A stretch of DNA of 64,000 nucleotides from a virus, in IMG/VR virus record IMGVR_UViG_3300020463_001984, positions 1 to 64,000 of that record. One strand, written 5' to 3'. The position numbers and the translations under genes are program-made. Shown piece by piece: positions 9,614 through 17,424 of the stretch. Under the pieces are notes generated by a model, which was not told where the DNA came from, did no database searches, and was given only the letters and a program-made list of their open reading frames with translations. How positions within the stretch are numbered: the first letter of the stretch is position 1; each line of letters opens with the position of its first letter.

Positions 9614-10777
9614 ATGTCAGAACTTTTAGAAAGTAAATGGCAGGATACAAAAGTTGCGTTGCTCGAAGGCCTAACAGGCAATAAGAAGTCTGTGATGTCC
9701 GCTACTCTAGAAAATACTAGAAAGTATTTGGCAGAGGCGGCTACTGCAGGTGCCTCTAGCGCCGGTAACGTTGCTACTCTTAACAGAGTTATCCTACCAG
9801 TAATTAGACGTGTTATGCCAACGGTTATCGCTAATGAAATCGTAGGTGTACAACCAATGACTGGTCCAGTTGGACAAATCCACACACTAAGAGTAAGATA
9901 TGCAGACTCGTTTGATGACGTAACAGCAGGCGAAGAAGCACTATCACCTTTCCAAATTGGTTTAGGTTACTCAGGTGGCGGATCTACTGATAAAGCAGAT
10001 GCAACAGCAAACTTAGAAGGTATTGCTGGTAAGCGTCTAAGCATTCAGATCTTGAAACAAACAGTTGAAGCGAAAACTCGTAAATTGAGTGCTCGTTGGA
10101 CTTTTGAAGCGGCTCAGGATGCTCAAGCACAGCAAGGTATCGATATCGAAGCAGAAATTATGGCGGCATTAGCCCAAGAAATTACTGCTGAAATCGACCA
10201 AGAAGTTCTTAATTCTTTAAGAACACTTGCTGGTTCGGCTGAATCAGACGTTCAATACGATCAAAACGCAGTATCAGGTACAGCAACATTCGTGGGTGAT
10301 GAACACGCGGCGTTGGCTGTTATGATAAACAGAGCGGCAAACAAAATTGCACAACGTACAAGACGTGGTGCTGGTAACTTTGCAGTGGTATCACCGCATA
10401 CGTTAACAGTTCTTCAGTCTGCAACAACTTCAGCGTTCGCAAGAACAACTGAAGGTACGTTCGAAGCACCAACTAATACTAAATTAGTAGGTACTTTAAA
10501 TGGTGCAATGAAAGTGTACGTTGATGCTTACGCAAGTGACTCAACTGACGTACTTGTAGGTTACAAAGGTACTTCAGAAGCAGATGCGGCGGCGTTCTAC
10601 TGTCCATACATTCCATTAATGTCAAGTGGCGTTGTACTTGACCCATCATCTTTCGAACCAGTTGTGTCTTTCATGACTAGATACGGATATGTTGAGTTAA
10701 ACAACACTGCTTCTTCATTAGGTAATGCGGCAGACTACCTAGCAAGAGTTAGTGTAGCAAACGTAACATTCTCATAA
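9614..10777 (+). CDS. gp23: Major capsid protein (T4 gp23 family)
   Basis: VGVQPMTGPVGQI..LR, VEAKTRKLSARWTFEAAQD, EITAEID, AFYCPYIPL, FMTRYG. Confidence 0.97.
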   Translation: MSELLESKWQDTKVALLEGLTGNKKSVMSATLENTRKYLAEAATAGASSAGNVATLNRVILPVIRRVMPTVIANEIVGVQPMTGPVGQIHTLRVRYADSFDDVTAGEEALSPFQIGLGYSGGGSTDKADATANLEGIAGKRLSIQILKQTVEAKTRKLSARWTFEAAQDAQAQQGIDIEAEIMAALAQEITAEIDQEVLNSLRTLAGSAESDVQYDQNAVSGTATFVGDEHAALAVMINRAANKIAQRTRRGAGNFAVVSPHTLTVLQSATTSAFARTTEGTFEAPTNTKLVGTLNGAMKVYVDAYASDSTDVLVGYKGTSEADAAAFYCPYIPLMSSGVVLDPSSFEPVVSFMTRYGYVELNNTASSLGNAADYLARVSVANVTFS

Positions 10778-10794
10778 GAGTTTGTAAACTTATT

Positions 10795-10823
10795 AAAAGG
10801 GCGGCTTATGTCGCCCTTTTTTT
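10795..10823 (+). terminator. Rho-independent terminator after gp23
   Basis: AAAAGGGCGGC-TTAT-GTCGCCCTTTTTTT. Confidence 0.9.
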
Positions 10824-10872
10824 ATGACTGAATCAAAATATACATTTTGGTAAACCTTTTTCACTTTTCTGG

Positions 10873-10901
10873 TTGCTTTTTATTTCAAACAATGTTATAT
10901 T
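10873..10901 (+). promoter_or_regulatory. Sigma70-type promoter for the downstream ncRNA
   Basis: TTGCTT, 17-nt spacer, TATATT with extended -10 TG. Predicted +1 near 10908 coincides with the 5' end of the closing helix. Confidence 0.65.
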
Positions 10902-10907
10902 AATATT

Positions 10908-11137
10908 AACTTTAACACAAACTAAGAGAGTTATTAACTCTTAGCACTTGTGGCAGAATAAGGCTTCGGCAGGGGCCTAATGCATACTAAAGTCTTTTAC
11001 GCGGCCAAGTGGCTAGGTTTAGGCGGAGGTAGTTGGAAGTAGGTATCATATCTAAACCTTGCAAAATTCAGATGTGATCTGCTTATCGAAAGTTGGAGGT
11101 GAGTTCACAGCAAGGCCTCCCAAGTAGTGTTTAAGTT
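10908..11137 (+). ncRNA. Unidentified ~230-nt structured non-coding RNA
   Basis: GC-enriched, no ORF in the track. Closing helix AACTTTAACAC/GTGTTTAAGTT encloses at least five helices (see findings). Confidence 0.7.
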
Positions 11138-11160
11138 ATTTTCCCCAGATAAATATATGT

Positions 11161-11583
11161 ATGAAAGACGAATACACATCGGCCTTTCACGACATTGTCA
11201 AGGAGGCATCCGAGACTACAGGTTATCAATTACCTTTAGAGGTTGAGTCCTATGTAGTAATGCTCCTTGCTGATAAAATAGACCAACCAAACTTTTTACC
11301 CAAAACAACATTTGCTCAAGAACTATTCGGAATCCAAAATAATCGTTTGAAAGGAAAAGAACTAGGAGATAGTGCTCTATTCCTTACAGGTGTATTCCCC
11401 GAATATTGCGAAAATAAGGTGTCTGTACGTTACTTTGTAGAGATAGGTAGTACAAGTTATACCCAGTGCAGTAAACACCTACACAGCGACCTCTTTGAAG
11501 CATTAAGCGGTAATTTTAACTTCATTCGTAAGTTCATTAATGTAAGTGTCCGCAAGCCTAATCCATTATTACATATTGGATAA
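11161..11583 (+). CDS. Hypothetical protein resembling a conserved bacterial family (140 aa)
   Basis: E.YVV.LL, LGD.ALF.TG.FPE, Y..IG...Y pattern; late promoter 5 nt upstream. Confidence 0.65.
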   Translation: MKDEYTSAFHDIVKEASETTGYQLPLEVESYVVMLLADKIDQPNFLPKTTFAQELFGIQNNRLKGKELGDSALFLTGVFPEYCENKVSVRYFVEIGSTSYTQCSKHLHSDLFEALSGNFNFIRKFINVSVRKPNPLLHIG

Positions 11584-11597
11584 ATACTTTTGTCATG

Positions 11598-11670
11598 AGA
11601 GTGTGCCACATAATTTTGGTGGACTTATGGGGACAAAACCCCGTAGCAGATAGAACCTGCATCGGACTCT
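11598..11670 (+). promoter_or_regulatory. Four-way-junction structured 5' leader
   Basis: AGAGT/ACTCT closes CCAC/GTGG, TATGGGG/CCCCGTA and GCAG/CTGC; lies between late promoter (11580) and SD. Confidence 0.55.
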
Positions 11671-11687
11671 AAAAAAGGAGAAACAAA

Positions 11688-12305
11688 ATGGGAAGACCAA
11701 TTAATAAAAAACATATAGGTGATGGAGCAGGTAAAATCCAAGTAACTGCGGTTAAGTTCGCGGCAGGCAACGAAATTACTACTGAGTCACATATTATAAA
11801 TCAAAGATCAGCAAACAAATTTACAGTTACTGATGGAAGTAAAACAGAAGTTGTTACACTTGTAAACAAATCAATTGGCGGCTTAGGCGCTAGTGAATTT
11901 TGTATTAACGTTACAGACAGTGACGGTGTTACAAAACAAATTACAAAAATGTACAACAGAAAAATGCAACTTGAAGGCGCGACTAGACACAAATGGTCAC
12001 GTAACTCAGCAGGTGCCTCAACTGCGATTGAAAAAACAATCACAGGAGCGACAGCGGCAGATCCAGTTGTAGTTACATCAGCCGGTCATGGTTTTAGTAA
12101 CGGCGACAAGATCTCTATCAGAGGTGTTGTTGGTATGGTTGAATTAAATGTAGAAACTGCATTTACATTAGCCAACGTAGCAACTAATACATTTGAGTTA
12201 TCAGGTGTTGACGGTTCAGGTTACACTGCTTATACATCAGGCGGTGTTGCAACTAAGGCGGCGGCAACTAGTGGAAGTATTGTTGTAGACGCACAGGCGT
12301 CATAA
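11688..12305 (+). CDS. Virion structural protein with E1-FCCH-like beta domain (205 aa)
   Basis: ITGATAADPVVVTSAGHGFSNGDKISIRGVVGMVELN motif; strong SD. Confidence 0.65.
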   Translation: MGRPINKKHIGDGAGKIQVTAVKFAAGNEITTESHIINQRSANKFTVTDGSKTEVVTLVNKSIGGLGASEFCINVTDSDGVTKQITKMYNRKMQLEGATRHKWSRNSAGASTAIEKTITGATAADPVVVTSAGHGFSNGDKISIRGVVGMVELNVETAFTLANVATNTFELSGVDGSGYTAYTSGGVATKAAATSGSIVVDAQAS

Positions 12306-12317
12306 TAAAGTTTATAG

Positions 12318-12339
12318 TGTAGGGGAGCAATCCCCTACA
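12318..12339 (+). terminator. GC-rich GNRA hairpin (weak terminator or mRNA stabiliser)
   Basis: TGTAGGGGA-GCAA-TCCCCTACA, with no clear U tract. Confidence 0.5.
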
Positions 12340-12362
12340 TTGTATAATTAGGAATTTAGAGA

Positions 12363-13328
12363 ATGTCAAAATTTGTAAACGTAGCAAATGGAAATTATAA
12401 AGTTACTGTTCAACCAGGTGGTACCATCACTATGGACACTGGAGTTGCATCAGGACAATTTATTGTTACGGGTGACCTTACAGTACAAGGTGCAACAACT
12501 TTTGTAAGTTCTACAGACATAGACATAAAAGATAATGTCATAACTTTAAACAAAGGCGAAACTGGTGCAGGTGTAGGGTTAGGAACTTCTGGTATAAGAA
12601 TAGACAGAGGTACTTTACCAGATGCAGTATTAGTATTTGATGAAACAATAACATACAATGAACCTGTAACACAAACTATCAAGCAAGGTGCTTTTAAATT
12701 TAAAGATCAAAATAATGATAACGTAGGATTTTTTCTTACACACATTGCAACAGGTGGATCAAATTTAAATTTAATTAATCAAGGTACTGGTGTAATAAAT
12801 GTTTCCGGAACAGCCAACTACGAAAACCAAGTACAATTTGATGATGACATTCCAAACAGAAAATTTGTAGTTGACAGAATTCAAAATGCCTTTTTAGGAT
12901 TTTCAAGTCCTCAAATTACAAGCGGTGATACACAGGTTAAAGTAACTGATATAAGTGAAGACAGTACTATATCACAAGCATTTGTAGATATTAACGGGCA
13001 ACGTACTGCAACATTTTTTGAGGAAAGAACAGAATTATTTGACATAATGATCAAAGGTTCTACAATTAGTTCATATCTAAGTAATAGTGATTTAGTTTTA
13101 GAATCTCCAGGAACTGGAAGTGTAAGAATAGATGATACAATACATATCAACTCAACACCAGGACTAGACGATAATACAATAGATCCAGTGGCACCAACAG
13201 ATGGGGTAAAAATATATGCTAAAGCCGAAGGTAGTGGTAATACTGGTATATATTATGTAAATAGTAATAGTGAACGCGATGAACTTATTAGTAGGAATAG
13301 ATCATTGCTTTACGGAATGTTATTTTAA
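12363..13328 (+). CDS. Virion structural/fibre protein (321 aa)
   Basis: VTGDLTVQG.T, IKDN.I.LNKGETG.GV....SGI.IDRG beta repeats; hydrophobic C-terminus. Confidence 0.65.
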   Translation: MSKFVNVANGNYKVTVQPGGTITMDTGVASGQFIVTGDLTVQGATTFVSSTDIDIKDNVITLNKGETGAGVGLGTSGIRIDRGTLPDAVLVFDETITYNEPVTQTIKQGAFKFKDQNNDNVGFFLTHIATGGSNLNLINQGTGVINVSGTANYENQVQFDDDIPNRKFVVDRIQNAFLGFSSPQITSGDTQVKVTDISEDSTISQAFVDINGQRTATFFEERTELFDIMIKGSTISSYLSNSDLVLESPGTGSVRIDDTIHINSTPGLDDNTIDPVAPTDGVKIYAKAEGSGNTGIYYVNSNSERDELISRNRSLLYGMLF

Positions 13329-13337
13329 GGAGGACAA

Positions 13338-13670
13338 ATGGCACTAGCGAATTCATTAATTGGAGCAACTAACACAAACGTAGTAGTTGTCCCTGCTGGA
13401 AAACAGTATGCTATTTTGACTTTAATGGTATGTAATACTGCGGCAGAAGATCCGACTGGAAGTAATGACAGTAAATTTGATTTACACTTTGTACCTTCAG
13501 GACAAAGTATTGGTGCAGTGAACCAAGTTTGTAAAGAAATAAATGTTACTGGCGCAGAAACATTTACATTTGACACAGAGAAAATGGTCCTAAGTCCAGG
13601 TGATTCCATTGTTGCTGTATCACAAGCACCGTTAAACTTGTCAGCGACAGTTAGTTTTTTAGAGGTATAA
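13338..13670 (+). CDS. Small beta-sandwich adaptor-like structural protein, paralog 1
   Basis: VP.G...CN...EKMVL...S..E pattern shared with 21143 and 35944. Confidence 0.6.
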   Translation: MALANSLIGATNTNVVVVPAGKQYAILTLMVCNTAAEDPTGSNDSKFDLHFVPSGQSIGAVNQVCKEINVTGAETFTFDTEKMVLSPGDSIVAVSQAPLNLSATVSFLEV

Positions 13671-13671
13671 G

Positions 13672-14175
13672 ATGAAATTTTTGAAGGCTCAAACTACTAA
13701 TATACGTGGTATCCAACACGGCAAAGGAATTTATTTCGATGCCGATGAAGGTGTACGTATGGAGTCTACAAACTCATTAAATATACCAAGAGGAAGTAAC
13801 GCACAAAGACCGAACACTGCTCAGGTTGGACAGATAAGATACAACACACAAGAAAACTATGTTGAGTTTTATCAGTCAGGTGTTTGGAAACCAATTAGAT
13901 TACAAGAACCTACAACAATAACACAACAAAGTTTAGGTAATGGCGACGGTACTGAAACAGTATTTGGTCCATTAGCAAGTGGCGATAGTGCTTTTCCTGT
14001 TCCTAATGCGGCACAGAACGTAATTGTTTTAGTTGAGAACGTTTTTCAATTATCAACAACAAACTATACACTTGTACAAAACCCGGCAGGTAAAGCCGCA
14101 GGTTATTATATTAGTTTTACAACAGCAGTACCATTAGGAAAGCCTGTAACGGTCCTACACAACTTTGACAAATAA
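13672..14175 (+). CDS. Structural protein (167 aa)
   Basis: IP.G..AQRP....GQIRYNT...EFY...W module, also present in the 947- and 1237-aa proteins. Confidence 0.6.
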   Translation: MKFLKAQTTNIRGIQHGKGIYFDADEGVRMESTNSLNIPRGSNAQRPNTAQVGQIRYNTQENYVEFYQSGVWKPIRLQEPTTITQQSLGNGDGTETVFGPLASGDSAFPVPNAAQNVIVLVENVFQLSTTNYTLVQNPAGKAAGYYISFTTAVPLGKPVTVLHNFDK

Positions 14176-14387
14176 TGTCCGACAACGGTATATCACACTT
14201 AACATATAAAAGACAGCGTCAAGAAGCAAAATTAAAACTTGCGGCAGAAAAACGTGCGGCAACAGGTAAAAGATCTACACTTAAAAAAGGTTTAGTGCCT
14301 ACACTATACACACCTAGCAATAACGACTCTAGTAAATTAAAAAAAATCACAACAGGTACACTAAAAACTGGTCGTCCTTGGACATAA
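14175..14387 (+). CDS. Small basic hypothetical protein (70 aa)
   Basis: ORF overlaps the previous stop (TAATG); K/R-rich. Confidence 0.55.
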   Translation: MSDNGISHLTYKRQRQEAKLKLAAEKRAATGKRSTLKKGLVPTLYTPSNNDSSKLKKITTGTLKTGRPWT

Positions 14388-14420
14388 GATTCCGATAAAT
14401 ATAGTTAAGGAGTACTAACT

Positions 14421-17264
14421 ATGAGTCTGGGAAGAATATCCGGTCCGCTTTTACAAAGCAACTTACAAAGACAAACTGATCTAGCAATAGAAACTAATCT
14501 ATTGTATATTGGTCATTCTGACGGTAAGATTGGTATTAAGACAGTTACTCGACCAAGAGACTTTACCATTGATGGTACAGCAAAGTTTAGAAATGCAACA
14601 GCAGGACAACCAGATTTATTCATAAACAATTCTGTAGTTTTAGGAAATTTAACATTAAGCACAACAGGTATAGACAGTTTAACAGGTTCTATAAACTTAC
14701 AATCAGGAACAGATATTGTCGTTGGTGGATTAGCAACTAATCAAATTAAAATAGACGGCAATGTAATTTCGACTTACAATACAAATAGTGATATTGATAT
14801 TAGACCAAATGGAATAGGAACTAATGAAATTGTAACAGCAGGAAAAACTGTCACTGTAACAGGTGATACAAAAGCAACTGGTAATATTACATTCGATGGT
14901 AGTGTTATTATTGCTGGTACAGGTGATGAAGATAACTTTACAATTAATGCTGACATAGTTGGTAATTTAGTTCCGGACGTAACAAATACATATGACCTAG
15001 GTGTAACTGGAAAACGTATGAGTTTGTATGCAGAAGAAATAACAACCAACAGTGTTTTTACAGAAAACTTAATTTATCAAGGTATTGATTTAACAAAACG
15101 TGTAGGAAACATTTATGTTGCAACAAATGGATTAGATACAAACGTTGGAGACACAGTACAAGGTGCCGTTAGAACTTTAAAAAAAGCATTAACGATTGCA
15201 ACAGCAGGACAAGTTATTAATATTGAGCCTGGAGAATATGAAGAACAATTTCCTTTACAGATTCCAGTAAATGTAACCATTAAAGGTAGAGATTTAAGAA
15301 ACTGTATAATCAAACCTACGACAGCAACAAATGATAAAGATTGTTTTTTACTAGACGGTGAAACTACTGTAACAGATTTAACTATCAAAGACTTTTATTA
15401 TAACAGTACAGACAATACAGGATACGCATTCCGCTTTAGAAGTGGTGCAAAGGTTACGTCAAGGTCGCCTTATATAATGAATATAACTGTAATAACAAAA
15501 GGAAGTGTTACAAGTGCAAGTGATCCAAGAGGTTTTGCACAAGGAGACGCAGGAAAAGGTGTATATGTTGACGGAGAAGTTTGTGATCATGATACAAATG
15601 AAGCAAGTATGTTATTCCATGCGGCAACATTTATTACTCCTGGTGTTGATGCACTAACAATGACTAACGGTGTAAGAGTTGAGTGGTTAAATTGTTTTAC
15701 ATATTTTGCAAATACAGGAATGTATGCTTTAAATGGTCCAGGAAGATGGAGAAGTGATAGTGTATTAATCAAAGGAGCAGAGGTTAGATCCATTGGAAGT
15801 GCCTGTGTATATGGAAACATAGGAGCAAAGGCAGATGGTGCCAATTGTTTAATGTATTTGATACAACATAATATGGCTTATGTTGGTGCAGGTAAAGAAC
15901 CAACTAATGATAAAACATTAATTAATCAAGCAAATGAAATTATAGAATTAAACAGTGGAAATGTTTACTATCAAACTGTCGATCAAAGCGGAAACTTTAG
16001 AGTAGGCGACGACTTTTTTATTGATTTTGAAAAAGGAACAACAAGTATTGATACAAGTTCTATTGCAGGTGGACTTACTAGTTTAAAAATTACAACAGGT
16101 ACAGCGGAAACCTTCTTAGATGGATCAAAAGTCCAAACTGGTAACATAAGAGTAAAAAGTCCTAATACAGTTTCTAGTATTGATGGAGATATTACTTTTA
16201 ATTCTATAACAGGACAGCATAATTTAAAAACAAATGTAACAGCACCGAGTATTACTACTGGTGGAAATGTAACTTTAGCAGGATCTTTAATTAACTTTGG
16301 TAATGATCCTAGTGATACAATAGACTTTAATACTCCGTTTGCACAAGATATAAAACCTAATCAGCATATGGTTTACAATTTAGGTAGTCCAACTAAACGT
16401 TGGTTGAACAGTAATCTATCACAAACACTTGTAGATGATTTTAGAATATATGATAACGTTATAGAACAAACATCAACAAATGCAAACTTAGAACTTAATC
16501 CTCAAGGAACAGGAAAAGTTGTGTTTGATAACATTACAGCAAGTGGCGATACTCTAGCAAGTACAAATGCAACTGATTTAAGACTTAATGCAAACACATC
16601 ATTTACAATAAGTGCTAATGGATCTATAGAATTGCCTACAGGTAGTACAGTACAACGTAAAAACCAAGTTGCAGATTTAAGATATAATTTAGATATAGGA
16701 GAATTTGAAGGTAACAACGGCGGTACAGTGTATTTTCCAACTATGCGTGATGGAGATAGAGACACATATATTAATTTAAATGATAATCAGTTTAGATTTG
16801 TTACTGCAAACCAACAAAATACACTATTGAATCAACATATTCTACAAACAAACAAGTTTACAAGTGATAATAAGTTTAGTTTAGATGGAAATACTATAAC
16901 ATCAGCAACAGCAGATGCAGATATTAACTTATTTGCCAATGGTACAGGTGGAATTCCATTTGAAGATGTTGAATTTAAAGGACAAACTGTTACTAACAAA
17001 CTAAACACTCCGTTTACATTTGGACTTGCAGATGCTTACAGTTATTTGAAGTTTGACAATGTATATGGACTAGTTGTACCAGCAGGTGATAACTCAAACA
17101 GACCTGGAACACCAGAGCAAGGTACTACACGTTGGAATCAAGACCAAGGATATTTAGAAACTTGGAACGGTACACAATGGGTATTAGCGGCTGGAGGTGG
17201 TGCTTCTGTGACACAGGAATATGCAGAAGATATCAACTTTTTGTGGGCAACTTTACTAGGCTAA
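14421..17264 (+). CDS. Large fibre/appendage protein with beta-helix-like domain (947 aa)
   Basis: M.LGRISGPLL N-terminus; YVATNG.D..G.Y.E.FP..IP domain; paralog of 17425..21138; late promoter at 14395. Confidence 0.7.
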   Translation: MSLGRISGPLLQSNLQRQTDLAIETNLLYIGHSDGKIGIKTVTRPRDFTIDGTAKFRNATAGQPDLFINNSVVLGNLTLSTTGIDSLTGSINLQSGTDIVVGGLATNQIKIDGNVISTYNTNSDIDIRPNGIGTNEIVTAGKTVTVTGDTKATGNITFDGSVIIAGTGDEDNFTINADIVGNLVPDVTNTYDLGVTGKRMSLYAEEITTNSVFTENLIYQGIDLTKRVGNIYVATNGLDTNVGDTVQGAVRTLKKALTIATAGQVINIEPGEYEEQFPLQIPVNVTIKGRDLRNCIIKPTTATNDKDCFLLDGETTVTDLTIKDFYYNSTDNTGYAFRFRSGAKVTSRSPYIMNITVITKGSVTSASDPRGFAQGDAGKGVYVDGEVCDHDTNEASMLFHAATFITPGVDALTMTNGVRVEWLNCFTYFANTGMYALNGPGRWRSDSVLIKGAEVRSIGSACVYGNIGAKADGANCLMYLIQHNMAYVGAGKEPTNDKTLINQANEIIELNSGNVYYQTVDQSGNFRVGDDFFIDFEKGTTSIDTSSIAGGLTSLKITTGTAETFLDGSKVQTGNIRVKSPNTVSSIDGDITFNSITGQHNLKTNVTAPSITTGGNVTLAGSLINFGNDPSDTIDFNTPFAQDIKPNQHMVYNLGSPTKRWLNSNLSQTLVDDFRIYDNVIEQTSTNANLELNPQGTGKVVFDNITASGDTLASTNATDLRLNANTSFTISANGSIELPTGSTVQRKNQVADLRYNLDIGEFEGNNGGTVYFPTMRDGDRDTYINLNDNQFRFVTANQQNTLLNQHILQTNKFTSDNKFSLDGNTITSATADADINLFANGTGGIPFEDVEFKGQTVTNKLNTPFTFGLADAYSYLKFDNVYGLVVPAGDNSNRPGTPEQGTTRWNQDQGYLETWNGTQWVLAAGGGASVTQEYAEDINFLWATLLG

Positions 17265-17314
17265 AAAGAACTGCTTACTTAACTACTTTACCAAAATCAC
17301 ATAAATAATAGTAA

Positions 17315-17412
17315 TGCAACAATGGCCGACCAAGCCGTTGCAGGACAAACCGCGGTTAACCAGCGATTGGGTAGGTCAAGATAGGTTAGTGGGACATTAA
17401 TGATCCCCGTGT
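17315..17412 (+). promoter_or_regulatory. Structured 5' leader RNA
   Basis: TGCAAC/GTTGCA plus GGC/GCC hairpin, TAACC/GGTTA and GGGA/TCCC, between late promoter ATAAATA (17301) and SD AGGAG. Confidence 0.55.
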
Positions 17413-17424
17413 TAGGAGAATAAG

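Noticed and set aside
10908-11137. tmRNA, RNase P, SRP or 6S identity for the ncRNA
   Set aside because: GGGGCC is present but there is no T-arm/CCA or tag ORF, no GAGGAAAGUCC, no SRP loop motif, and it is not a single long hairpin.
11598-11670. tRNA gene
   Set aside because: Cloverleaf-like, but only a 5-bp closing stem, a 6-nt middle loop, and no GTTC or CCA.
17341-17407. c-di-GMP-I riboswitch (CAGGACAAACC...GTGGGAC resemblance)
   Set aside because: Lacks the GNRA loop, GCAAAGC and the P3 consensus; kept only as an unidentified leader.
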